Positions 37,107-50,270 of a stretch of 64,000 nucleotides of DNA are shown in pieces. The DNA is from Octopus vulgaris. Its lineage: Eukaryota. Within the stretch, counting starts at the first letter, position 1, and each line of letters begins with the position of its first letter. The stretch covers positions 28,210,001 to 28,274,000 of the forward strand of contig OX597818.1 in the NCBI GenBank assembly GCA_951406725.2, written 5' to 3'. The position numbers and the translations under genes are program-made. The notes under the pieces are model-generated. The model was not told the DNA's origin. It made no database searches and saw only the letters and a list, made by a program, of their open reading frames with translations.

Positions 37107-37826
37107 AGTTTGGATTTGGTCATTCGACCATTCATTGACACCTGCATATTATCAGAAAATTCAGCAAATTGGGGTAGTAGGTCCTTCACAAACTTTTGGA
37201 GTTTAATCGCATGCAGAGAGTGAATGTCTGCTCTTCTTTGCTGTCACTTCTCACAAATGGACCTTTTTTGGACTGAATAGTGACTGGTGTTGAGAAATGG
37301 ATTCTCTATAAAAATGTTGAGTGCCAAAGAAAGTGGGTAGGGAAAGGAGAAACACTGGCACCCTAGGTTATAGGTCTTCACACTTGTAAGGTGTTGTTAT
37401 CTGTTTGGTGGGATATGAAAGGTTTTGTCCATTTTGAACTTTTAAACCCAAATCAAACAATAACAAATGAGATCTACTGCAAGCAGCTTGAGCAGCTTAA
37501 GTCAGCACTAGAAGAAAAACAATGCCCCACCCACCATATTCGCCGAACTTTACCCCGTTTGATTATCATTTATTCCACAGTCTTCAAAATCATTTGGATG
37601 GAAAAAATATGAACTCTGTAGATGAGGTCAGAACAGTACTGGAGGAGTATTTCTTATCATGGACAAGTGACTTTTGGAAGAGGGGTCTTGCAAGTCATCA
37701 AGATAGATGGAAGAGCATTGAAGAAAATGAAGGAGAGTATATTTTAGATTAAAAAAGAAATTGTTTATCTTAATTTTGAAAAATAAACGACGTATAAAAA
37801 ACTGCATTATTTATGGGATGACCCAA
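37104..37826 (+). mobile_element. Mariner 3' half (5' part deleted in this arm)
   Basis: LLSVWWDMKG, PHPPYSPNFTPFDYHLF; TIR aactgcattatttatgggatgacccaa-TA. Confidence 0.9.
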
Positions 37827-38039
37827 TACATGTGTCCATATATATTATTTATACTTTGCACATTATGATATAAACCCCCTGTTTTTGCTGTTATCTATAT
37901 CTAACGATATTGAAACATGTGACTTAATTTTGAAAGCAGATAAATTTTTGAAGTGCAGATGGCTGGAGCTTAAGTCACTAAAACTATTGAATTGCTTAAT
38001 ATTTTGAGAGGTACAGTTTAAAATTAGGTTGGTTTTTCA

Positions 38040-38912
38040 AAATCAAAGTAAAACCAGCTCTGACAAGCATAATTCTGGATAGAATAGTGAAACATAATTC
38101 TGGATAGAATAGTGAAACATATTGTGCTTAAAAACCATCAAAGAACAGCAACAAAAGTCACAGTAGAGCTGAACTACTACTTTGCCAACCTTATGTAAAC
38201 CATAACCATTTGTCCTGACCTCGATAAAGCTGGATGTCATGAAATGGTTGCAATTGTTAAACCACTCCTGTCCCCAACAACACTGATTAGCAGAAAAAAT
38301 GGTGTTTAGATTATCAGATCAATGATATAATCTTCTCTGATGAATTACCTGGAGACAGTCTATAGAAGAGTTAACCCCTGACTGTATGGCTCCTACTGGG
38401 AAGCATGAAGTCTGTGATGATTAGAGCAGTCATATCACAGAATTATTTTGGCTCTTAAGTTGTTTTACATGGCAGAGCTAATACAATTGATTATCTGAGT
38501 ATTTTGGCTGATTATGTCCATCCTATGGTACAAAAGTTGTTCCTTGATGGTTATACCATCTTCTAGGATGATAATGCACCAATTCTCATGGTGAATGTTA
38601 TTCAAAACTGATACGAAGAGCACAGGAGTGAAGTAGACCATTGGGATTGGCCCACAGAATCACTTGATCTCAATTTAATTTAACATTTGTGGAGCATTTT
38701 GGAAGTGCATGTGAGAAGTTGCTTCTCTTTGTCACCATTACTGAAAGAGCTAAATAGGTTTTACTTGAAGAATGGCTCAAAATCTGTTCAGAAACTGTAT
38801 TAATCAATACCCCAGCATATTAAAGTTGTGATTGAAGCCAAAGGTGATAAGCTCTGTATCAAATCATTAACTTCTATTTAACAAGGTGTTGCCATTATTT
38901 TGTCCAACCCTG
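38040..38912 (+). mobile_element. Tc1-like transposase relic (mirror ~50930-51760)
   Basis: Translates to F*DDNAPI...WPTESLDLNLI*HLW; terminus ccattattttgtccaaccctg. Confidence 0.75.
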
Positions 38913-39089
38913 TGTGTGTGTGTGTGTGTGTGTGTGTGCATGCGTGCGTGCATCATAGGTAAATCATAAATCTGTAAAAGAAGCACACTTTAAGTTATAG
39001 AACAGTATAGTATAAAGATAGATGAGGCTGGTCCATGGGATTACCCTGGGTTTCACATCAATAAAGCACTTACGTTTACAGCGAATCTA

Positions 39090-39319
39090 TCTCTTTACTA
39101 CCCACAAGGGGCTAAACACAGAGGGGACAAACAAGGACAGACAAACGGGTTAAGTCGATGAGATCGATTCCAGTGCGTAACTGGTACTTAATTTATCGAC
39201 CCTGAAAGGATGAAAGGCAAAGTCGACCTCGGCGGAATTTGAAATCAGAACGTAACGGCAGACGAAATATGGCTACGCATTTCGCCCGGTGTGCTAAAGT
39301 TTCTGCCAGCTCGCCGCCT
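39090..39319 (-). mobile_element. SINE (mirror 50513-50742)
   Basis: Head aggcggcgagctggcagaaac; core gtcgactttgcctttcatcctttc. Confidence 0.88.
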
Positions 39320-39559
39320 TTACAGCATATCATCAGACCTCAAAACCCATTGGTACATGGCCTCTCTAGAAAATGGAGAAGGAAAAGACTTTGTTACTCT
39401 GTCAACAACAGGGGAATGTCTCCCTTTGGCTTTTATTCATAATTGACTCTGTTATCATATGGGTCCCAGGATGCCAGCAAGAATTTCCTGAAGTGCAAAC
39501 AGGGTCCAAACCCTTCCATTCAGGAGTTAAGGATGTTCCCTGGGTCAATGGAGTCCTTT

Positions 39560-41520
39560 AATATACCCACCCATTTGGCTATGCAGTTTACAACACTTGG
39601 TTGCATTTATTTAGGGGCCTGGCTTCTCTAGGATTCTCAATGATATTACATGCAGAATTACTTCATCTTTCAGCCACCATGGCTGGCTGATGACATAGTG
39701 TGTCTCCTTTCCAGTATCCTGAAAGAGGATCCGTGGTTGGAGAGGCAATGCTTGAACAAGTTACTGGAGCATCTGATGCATCTCTGTGTATAGCTGTTGA
39801 CGATGTTGTATCTGCTGGTGTTGACGCTGTTGCTACTGCTGTTGTTATTGGTGCTGTTGGTGTTATTGGCACCATTAAATGTATTGATGGTGTTGGTGCT
39901 GTTACTGCTGGTGTAGGGGACCTCAGTGATGATGGTGCTGTTGATGGCGTTATAGTTGTCATCGATGGTATTGTTGGAGTTGATGTCGATGCTATCATGG
40001 TGAGTGGTGCTGTCACCGTTATTATAGTTATCATTTGTGATGGATCTGCTGCTTTTTCTGTAAGGGATACTGTTATTGCTATTGTTGATGTTGTTATCAC
40101 TGGCGGCAGTAGTGCTGCTGCTAATCCTGTTTGTGTTTCTACTGCTGCTGTTATTGATACTGACATTCCTGCTACTGTAGTAGTCGTCATAGAAGCTGCT
40201 GCTACTAGGGTTGCCTAGTACATCATCTTCATAGATAGGTCCCTTGGTTTCACAATGGCTTCCCACTTGGCATCTGTTGTAGTCCCTGCATGAGCATCTC
40301 ACATCCATCATGGTCTAGATGTGCTAATTAAAATGCTCTTAATATTTATAGGGCAGCTAAAAGAGACCCTAAGGTTGTGCCTGTTGAAAATGCATCTGCA
40401 TCTATGTGAATGTGTGAAGTGTTTATCTACTAGCCTATGGAAAATCCTACCTTCAGATGTAGGGAGAAGGAGTGGGGGAAAAAAACCAATGATATTTCCA
40501 TGGTACTTCCTTCTGCGGGTATTAGAGCCCAGCATGTAGGAGATGTGGTCCTGAAATCCACCAGCAGCTTGTGACTTGTTATAGTAGGAGCCTGCTGCAT
40601 CAAAAATTTCTTGGCTAGAGGGAAGGTTCATGATTCTCTCACTAATACCCTTTACTAGGTTTTTGAACACAATTGATTGGTGATGGGAGACTGTTGATGT
40701 ATGTCAGCCAGTCACGTGGTTTGCAGTTGAACCTGTATCTACTGGAGCCCAAGTCGAGCATGATGTCCAAGAAGTCTACTATGGTGAGATTGGTCTTGAT
40801 AGTAATTTTCAGTCCCATGGAGCCAGGGGTGCTAATTAGATCTTTCCTAAGCCTGTTTAGGGTGTGGCCATGGGCTCCTCTAATGATGGTCTGCACGTCA
40901 TCTTAATAGAGACCAAAAAAGACAGAGGGAAACTTCTTCAGAGTGTCGCATACATCAGCACTGTCATTAGCTCCCATTGCAATGTCAAAGGAGCCTACAG
41001 GGTCAGATTGCTTGACCCGGGTCAAGCTTTTATTGAGCAGTACTGTTTTCCTAGCATAATGACATCTGTGTCCCTGTCACTAATATCAGTGAAGCCCCTA
41101 GCAAAGGAAAGTGCTTTGACCTGTAACACTTTTGATATAAACAGGTAAAATTCAACTATGTCAAATTAGATGAACCTTGCTTTGCCTCCCCCTTGTTTGT
41201 ATTAAACCATGCAATCACCTCATTGGTGTTATGCCATAGGGAGAGGTTGGTGGCTCTCCTTATACTGTTGTTAATGTTTTCAGTATGTAATTGCTTGCTA
41301 GACTGATCTCGGATTTTGCTGGGTTAATCAGGTGGCATTTAGGGATTCAGGCTAAGCTTGGTTTATGGTTTGATGGTAGTAAAGGCATTCTTTCTTGCTA
41401 AAATCTCTACTCCATCTGCTATATCTAAGTCGCTGGCTAATTATTTGGCTTCACTGTTGATGTTGTTGTATGTGTGTGGGGAAGCATGTATATTGTATGT
41501 GTGTGGGTAATCTATGGGGT
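39560..41520 (-). mobile_element. Penelope-like element (RT C-terminus + GIY-YIG with Asn/Ser-rich insert)
   Basis: VDFLDIMLDL..KP..YIN, ISERI..SS.EIFD.A..YY, NIIGFFPP, CSC..C..G.C....IY. Confidence 0.85.
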
Positions 41521-42259
41521 TACCATGGATTTCACAGCCATAAAGTGCTTAGATTTACAATGTTATTTGTAATCTTGTTGACTAATGAAGTCTTTTCCTC
41601 CTCCATTTTCTAGAAGGGCCACTTGCTACAGAGGACATGTGTCATACAATCTCTGATTTTGTAACTAGGAAGTTTCTAGTTACAAAATCAGTGATTGTAT
41701 TACACTGTATTTTCTTTTTATCACATAGAAGTTAAACTACTGCCATACTTAGCACATGAGTGCCCACCACCAAAGGGATCCAATAAGATCCAAATCATGT
41801 GGTCTGGTGGTCTTGAAGCTAGGATGGCAAAAGTTATTTCCCACTTGCAATAAATAGCGAGTGCAGAAAGTGTATCAATAAACGTCTTCCTGGGGTTAAA
41901 GCAGTAATATTATCATCTCTTAGAGAACACACATGTTAAAGTGGCTATAAACATTATACAGGGGAACTTCGCTGTATGAGTGTCCCATTGTATGAGTAAT
42001 TCTGTAAAAGCCAAGGTTCATGTGAATTTTTGTCTTGAAGTACAAGCAAAAATCCACAGTACAAGCATGTTTCATACAATAACACTGCTCAGGCACATTT
42101 TCATATATTTTGAAAAGCAGGAAAAAGCAGACTTTTCTGGATATTTTTCTAATGAAATGAACTGCAAGTGTAAAAAAAATGAAGAAAGTGTGTCCAAAAA
42201 GCCTAAATTATGCAAAGTGAGACAGAAAACGCCAGTAATTCTTCTTTCTGAAGTCTTAA

Positions 42260-42822
42260 TGGAAGGAGAATCTCCTTCTAGACAGTAAACCTCCTTCCTC
42301 TCACTCTACTATCTTCCTCACGCACAAATTGTTCTATCCTTAAGGCAATTCTGTTAATAAAACCAGTTTACATATTTCTTTTGCATTCTCTATTTTTATA
42401 ATAGTAATTTTACTTCTAATTACACCATATCTGTTTTAAAACCCATAAAAAAATTATTTTTGGGTGGTTTTAGGTGGCTGGAACAAAATTAATTATATTT
42501 TAGTTAATTTCAATGAAGAAAATTGATTTGTAATATGAGTAAATCGTAAAACAAGCTCAGTCATGGAAAAATTAACCCTTTCAATACCAACTTGGCTGAA
42601 ACTGCCTCTGGCTCTGTAGTATGAATGTCTTTTCAAAATTTCTAGATTAAAATCTTTCATCAAACCTTAGTCACAATTTATGTTCCTAACACTAGCTTAA
42701 TGATAACTAAGTTATTTTACTAAATTCCTTGTTAAGTTTAAAATTAATTAAAAGAAACACAGATCATCTCAAAATAAATACAGTAACAAAAGGGTTAAAC
42801 TCATACTGCGAGTTATCACTGT
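42260..42822 (+). mobile_element. Tigger-like 3' fragment (mirror ~47010-47570)
   Basis: ggctggaac..attaatt..ttcaatg motif; terminus aactcatactgcgagttatcactg-TA. Confidence 0.55.
42576..42794. mobile_element. piggyBac-type MITE (mirror 47038-47256)
   Basis: TTAA|cccttt...aaaggg|TTAA. Confidence 0.8.
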
Positions 42823-44375
42823 ATGCATATGTGTGTGTGTGTGTGGAAAGAGAGAGAGAGAGAGATTGACAGACAGACAGACAGAGAACAATGCCAATTG
42901 AAAATGTACCATTTTACCACAAATCTAAACATTTTCATATATTATAGAGAGTAAAAACAAACATTTGTATTCAATTTTGATAATGAGTTTTTCTGTTATT
43001 CGATTTATATTGAATTATATTATAAGTGGTTGAATATTCTACAGATATATGTATTCTTAGCATAATCTTTAAGCAGAATCAGCACACTGCAGAGTGACAA
43101 AGCTGACTTTTTGAATTACTAGTCCAGCCTTTCTGATGACCTTCCACACAGCTTCTGTCTATCCAGTTTCACTCTCAAAAATTTGGTGAACTTGAAACTA
43201 TAGTAAAAGATGCTAGCCCAAGACTTCACACAGTAGCATTGAATCATGGAAGATAGATATATGAGACAGAATTCCATATATGATGTACAGGATGTAGATT
43301 ATCTGGAAGCCTATCCTTTATTTTTAGTCATTATGACAACCGTTAACATTTTTCTACAACGTTTAAATAAGTATCAAATAATAGAAAATTGTTTGAGATT
43401 ATAAGTAGAGTGATGTGTGTTGTTGGAATTTCCTCACAATGACCTTGACTTAAGTAGATCAATTGAAACCATTATAAATTAACCCATGCTAGCATGGAAA
43501 GCGGACGTTAAACAATGATGATGATGATGATGATGGTTATGAGTCACAACTTCAACAATAATGAATTTGAACTTATATACAAAAAATAACTTGCTAGTTC
43601 TTGGATAAACCTCATATTTTACTACTAAGAATATCCACAATGTCCTAAATCAGACATGCACATGAGCTGTTTAAATTGTTTATTTATTTATATTTATTTA
43701 TTTAGTGTACAAATCAATTTACTTTTTCAATTACTGACCTTTCAATGTTGGAGTGATTGATATATTTGTTTGTTGTCTTGGTTTGGTAACCTTATTCAAC
43801 CCTAACCTCTCAGCTGCTATGTCCCTATAGTATACTGTCAACATTAATATTAGGAAGGATATCTAACTTTGAAAATGGCTACTCCAACAATTCTTCCAAA
43901 TTGGCTCATCTAAAACCAAATAAACTTGAAGGCACATCAGACAGAAAATTTAAAGAAAAGTAAAAAAGAAAAACAAAAACAAAAACAAAAGAAAATCAAC
44001 TTTTAAAGTATAAATCTTCATTAAATGTTAAGCTTTGTTTATAATATAACTAGTCAGTACATACGGATCTGGATGTGTCTGACGCCTTGTAATATCAGGA
44101 TGTTTCAATATAAGTATGTGAAATAGGATAAGTAAATTAAGTCACAATCTAATGTATTGTATTCTCATTGCCAGCTGCTTTCCAGTGCACATATCCTGAA
44201 ATAAAGCACCACTTTACCAAAGAGATAAGGTTTTAATTTTCAATGGAAAGAAGTATTCAAACAAAACTATTATTTAATGTACATATATACACTTCGAAAT
44301 TTTGTATTCGTTATTTGTTATATGAACAAATGTTTACCAGGAGAAAAATATTTTTAAAAATAAGAATGATCTATT

Positions 44376-44702
44376 AGGTGCAGGCATGGCTGTGTGGTAA
44401 GAAATTTTCTTCCCAACCACATGGTTCTGGGTTCAGTCACGCTGCATCGCACTTGGTCAGGTGCTTTCTACTACAGCCTTGGTCCGACAAAAGCCTTGTG
44501 AGTGGATTTCATAGATGGAAACAAATGCATTTGTATGTGCCTTTGCTTTGTGTGTGTATGTGTGTTCGTCTTCACCACTGATTGACAACTGGTGTTGCTT
44601 TGTTTACATTACCATAACTTAGCAATTCAGCAAAAGTAACTGATAGAATAAGTACCAGGCTTTAAAAGAAAAATTTAAGTACTGGGGTCAATTTCTTCAA
44701 AT
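44376..44702 (+). mobile_element. SINE truncated at the palindrome centre (mirror 45096-45458 is ~36 bp longer)
   Basis: Head gcaggcatggctgtgtggtaagaa..ggttctgggttcagtc. Confidence 0.85.
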
Positions 44703-45095
44703 TTTATTGACTCTAGATTGGCAGGCTTTTACAGTTCCGGGCTGGACAAGCTACCACTGAAATGGCAAAACTGTATTGACAATATGGGTGAATATTTTGT
44801 TGAATATAACTATTCCTTGTATTTATAAAACATTAGCAAACTTTTTTCTTCTCTACAAATTTCATGCTTGATGACCTAATAGTTAAGCATTAGTAGGTGT
44901 GGCACACAACATCTTGCATGAAGGAGTGATACAGAACTGAGGATGAGGTACTGCTAATGTTTCAAAGGGTTTGAGCAAAAAAATAATACAAACACATTTT
45001 GAAACGAGTTAATCAAATTTAACTTCACTTATATTAAGGGACAGTCTCAAAAGTTTTTTTGCGCACTAGTCACATGATTCCTGTATATAATTTGG
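44701..45095 (-). repeat. Inverted 395-bp copy of 28339-28733 (mariner end plus flank)
   Basis: Direct comparison: same length, about 2 substitutions seen. Confidence 0.97.
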
Positions 45096-48000
45096 GCTGG
45101 GGTCTTACTGAGGTACTACTTTGAAGGATTTATTTGAAGAAATTGACCCCAGTACTTAAATTTTTCTTTTAAAGCCTGGTACTTATTCTATCAGTTACTT
45201 TTGCTGAATTGCTAAGTTATGGTAATGTAAACAAAGCAACACCAGTTGTCAATCAGTGGTGAAGACGAACACACATACACACACAAAGCAAAGGCACATA
45301 CAAATGCATTTGTTTCCATCTATGAAATCCACTCACAAGGCTTTTGTCGGACCAAGGCTGTAGTAGAAAGCACCTGACCAAGTGCGATGCAGCGTGACTG
45401 AACCCAGAACCATGTGGTTGGGAAGAAAATTTCTTACCACACAGCCATGCCTGCACCTAATAGATCATTCTTATTTTTAAAAATATTTTTCTCCTGGTAA
45501 ACATTTGTTCATATAACAAATAACGAATACAAAATTTCGAAGTGTATATATGTACATTAAATAATAGTTTTGTTTGAATACTTCTTTCCATTGAAAATTA
45601 AAACCTTATCTCTTTGGTAAAGTGGTGCTTTATTTCAGGATATGTGCACTGGAAAGCAGCTGGCAATGAGAATACAATACATTAGATTGTGACTTAATTT
45701 ACTTATCCTATTTCACATACTTATATTGAAACATCCTGATATTACAAGGCGTCAGACACATCCAGATCCGTATGTACTGACTAGTTATATTATAAACAAA
45801 GCTTAACATTTAATGAAGATTTATACTTTAAAAGTTGATTTTCTTTTGTTTTTGTTTTTGTTTTTCTTTTTTACTTTTCTTTAAATTTTCTGTCTGATGT
45901 GCCTTCAAGTTTATTTGGTTTTAGATGAGCCAATTTGGAAGAATTGTTGGAGTAGCCATTTTCAAAGTTAGATATCCTTCCTAATATTAATGTTGACAGT
46001 ATACTATAGGGACATAGCAGCTGAGAGGTTAGGGTTGAATAAGGTTACCAAACCAAGACAACAAACAAATATATCAATCACTCCAACATTGAAAGGTCAG
46101 TAATTGAAAAAGTAAATTGATTTGTACACTAAATAAATAAATATAAATAAATAAACAATTTAAACAGCTCATGTGCATGTCTGATTTAGGACATTGTGGA
46201 TATTCTTAGTAGTAAAATATGAGGTTTATCCAAGAACTAGCAAGTTATTTTTTGTATATAAGTTCAAATTCATTATTGTTGAAGTTGTGACTCATAACCA
46301 TCATCATCATCATCATCATTGTTTAACGTCCGCTTTCCATGCTAGCATGGGTTAATTTATAATGGTTTCAATTGATCTACTTAAGTCAAGGTCATTGTGA
46401 GGAAATTCCAACAACACACATCACTCTACTTATAATCTCAAACAATTTTCTATTATTTGATACTTATTTAAACGTTGTAGAAAAATGTTAACGGTTGTCA
46501 TAATGACTAAAAATAAAGGATAGGCTTCCAGATAATCTACATCCTGTACATCATATATGGAATTCTGTCTCATATATCTATCTTCCATGATTCAATGCTA
46601 CTGTGTGAAGTCTTGGGCTAGCATCTTTTACTATAGTTTCAAGTTCACCAAATTTTTGAGAGTGAAACTGGATAGACAGAAGCTGTGTGGAAGGTCATCA
46701 GAAAGGCTGGACTAGTAATTCAAAAAGTCAGCTTTGTCACTCTGCAGTGTGCTGATTCTGCTTAAAGATTATGCTAAGAATACATATATCTGTAGAATAT
46801 TCAACCACTTATAATATAATTCAATATAAATCGAATAACAGAAAAACTCATTATCAAAATTGAATACAAATGTTTGTTTTTACTCTCTATAATATATGAA
46901 AATGTTTAGATTTGTGGTAAAATGGTACATTTTCAATTGGCATTGTTCTCTGTCTGTCTGTCTGTCAATCTCTCTCTCTCTCTCTTTCCACACACACACA
47001 CATATGCATACAGTGATAACTCGCAGTATGAGTTTAACCCTTTTGTTACTGTATTTATTTTGAGATGATCTGTGTTTCTTTTAATTAATTTTAAACTTAA
47101 CAAGGAATTTAGTAAAATAACTTAGTTATCATTAAGCTAGTGTTAGGAACATAAATTGTGACTAAGGTTTGATGAAAGATTTTAATCTAGAAATTTTGAA
47201 AAGACATTCATACTACAGAGCCAGAGGCAGTTTCAGCCAAGTTGGTATTGAAAGGGTTAATTTTTCCATGACTGAGCTTGTTTTACGATTTACTCATATT
47301 ACAAATCAATTTTCTTCATTGAAATTAACTAAAATATAATTAATTTTGTTCCAGCCACCTAAAACCACCCAAAAATAATTTTTTTATGGGTTTTAAAACA
47401 GATATGGTGTAATTAGAAGTAAAATTACTATTATAAAAATAGAGAATGCAAAAGAAATATGTAAACTGGTTTTATTAACAGAATTGCCTTAAGGATAGAA
47501 CAATTTGTGCGTGAGGAAGATAGTAGAGTGAGAGGAAGGAGGTTTACTGTCTAGAAGGAGATTCTCCTTCCATTAAGACTTCAGAAAGAAGAATTACTGG
47601 CGTTTTCTGTCTCACTTTGCATAATTTAGGCTTTTTGGACACACTTTCTTCATTTTTTTACACTTGCAGTTCATTTCATTAGAAAAATATCCAGAAAAAT
47701 CTGCTTTTTCCTGCTTTTCAAAATATATGAAAATGTGCCTGAGCAGTGTTATTGTATGAAACATGCTTGTACTGTGGATTTTTGCTTGTACTTCAAGACA
47801 AAAATTCACATGAACCTTGGCTTTTACAGAATTACTCATACAATGGGACACTCATACAGCGAAGTTCCCCTGTATAATGTTTATAGCCACTTTAACATGT
47901 GTGTTCTCTAAGAGATGATAATATTACTGCTTTAACCCCAGGAAGACGTTTATTGATACACTTTCTGCACTCGCTATTTATTGCAAGTGGGAAATAACTT

Positions 48001-48309
48001 TTGCCATCCTAGCTTCAAGACCACCAGACCACATGATTTGGATCTTATTGGATCCCTTTGGTGGTGGGCACTCATGTGCTAAGTATGGCAGTAGTTTAAC
48101 TTCTATGTGATAAAAAGAAAATACAGTGTAATACAATCACTGATTTTGTAACTAGAAACTTCCTAGTTACAAAATCAGAGATTGTATGACACATGTCCTC
48201 TGTAGCAAGTGGCCCTTCTAGAAAATGGAGGAGGAAAAGACTTCATTAGTCAACAAGATTACAAATAACATTGTAAATCTAAGCACTTTATGGCTGTGAA
48301 ATCCATGGT

Positions 48310-50270
48310 AACCCCATAGATTACCCACACACATACAACATACATGCTTCCCCACACACATACAACAACATCAACAGTGAAGCCAAATAATTAGCCAGCG
48401 ACTTAGATATAGCAGATGGAGTAGAGATTTTAGCAAGAAAGAATGCCTTTACTACCATCAAACCATAAACCAAGCTTAGCCTGAATCCCTAAATGCCACC
48501 TGATTAACCCAGCAAAATCCGAGATCAGTCTAGCAAGCAATTACATACTGAAGAACATTAACAACAGTATAAGGAGAGCCACCAACCTCTCCCTATGGCA
48601 TAACACCAATGAGGTGATTGCATGGTTTAATACCAACAAGGGGGAGGCAAAGCAAGGTTCATCTAATTTGACATAGTTGAATTTTACCTGTTTATATCAA
48701 AAGTGTTACAGGTCAAAGCACTTTCCTTTGCTAGGGGCTTCACTGATATTAGTGACAGGGACACAGATGTCATTATGCTAGGAAAACAGTACTGCTCAAT
48801 AAAAGCTTGACCCGGGTCAAGCAATCTGACCCTGTAGGCTCCTTTGACATTGCAATGGGAGCTTATGACAGTGCTGATGTATGCGACACTCTGAAGAAGT
48901 TTCCCTCTGTCTTTTTTGGTCTCTATTAAGATGACGTGCAGGGCATCATTAGAGGAGCCCATGGCCACACCCTAAACAGGCTTAGGAAAGATCTAATTAG
49001 CACCCCTGGCTCCATGGGACTGAAAATTACTATCAAGACCAATCTCACAATAGTAGACTTCTTGGACATCATGCTCGACTTGGGCTCCAGTAGATACAGG
49101 TTCAACTGCAAACCACGTGACTGGCTGACATACATCAACAGTCTCCCATCACCAATCAATTGTGTTCAAAAACCTAGTAAAGGGTATTAGTGAGAGAATC
49201 ATGAACCTTCCCTCTAGCCAAGAAATTTTTGATGCAGCAGGCTCCTACTATAACAAGTCACAAGCTGCTGGTGGATTTCAGGACCACATCTCCTACATGC
49301 TGGGCTCTAATACCCGCAGAAGGAAGTACCATGGAAATATCATTGGTTTTTTTCCCCCACTCCTTCTCCCTACATCTGAAGGTAGGATTTTCCATAGGCT
49401 AGTAGATAAACACTTCACACATTCACATAGATGCAGATGCATTTTCAACAGGCACAACCTTAGGGTCTCTTTTAGCTGCCCTACCAATATTAAGAGCATT
49501 TTAATTAGCACATCTAGACCATGATGGATGTGAGATGCTCATGCAGGGACTACAACAGATGCCAAGTGGGAAGCCATTGTGAAACCAAGGGACCTATCTA
49601 TGAAGATGATGTACTAGGCAACCCTAGTAGCAGCAGCTTCTATGATGACTACTACAGTAGCAGGAATGTCAGTATCAATAACAGCAGCAGTAGAAACACA
49701 AACAGGATTAGCAGCAGCACTACTGCCACCAGTGATAACAACATCAACAATAGCAATAACAGTATCCCTTACAGAAATAGCAGCAGATCCATCACAAATG
49801 ATAACTATAATAATGGTGACAGCACCACTCACCATGATAGCATCGACATCAACTCCAACAATACCATCGATGACAACTATAACGCCATCAACAGCACCAT
49901 CATCACTGAGGTCCCCTACACCAGCAGTAACAGCACCAACACCATCAATACATTTAATGGTGCCAATAACGCCAACAGCACCAATAACAACAGCAGTAGC
50001 AACAGCGTCAACACCAGCAGATACAACATCGTCAACAGCTATACACAGAGATGCATCAGATGCTCCAGTAACTTGTTCAAGCATTGCCTCTCCAACCACG
50101 GATCCTCTTTCAGGATACTGGAAAGGAGACACACTATGTCATCAGCCAGCCATGGTGGCTGAAAGATGAAGTAATTCTGCATGTAATATCATAGAGAATC
50201 CTAGAGAAGCCAGGCCCCTAAATAAATGCAACCAAGTGTTGTAAACTGCATAGCCAAATGGGTGGGTATA
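48310..50270 (+). mobile_element. Penelope-like element, mirror copy
   Basis: ORFs 48936, 49162 and 49521 near-identical to 40642, 40308 and 39670. Confidence 0.85.

Larger units (their letters stand above)
31047..44702 (+). repeat. Left arm of giant inverted duplication
   Basis: Reverse complement of 45132-60623; ORF pairs mirror (31948/59528, 32740/58578, 39670/49521, 44378/45253). Confidence 0.98.

Noticed and set aside
39663-40218. Mucin-like or Val/Ala-rich host protein ORFs (and mirrors at 49614-50169)
   Set aside because: Alternate frames of the low-complexity insert within a Penelope element
44702-45132. Simple fold-back read artefact
   Set aside because: Arms differ by CpG transitions and a 1.84-kb indel, and the spacer is templated from 16 kb away. 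Haplotig mis-joining is not excluded without reads
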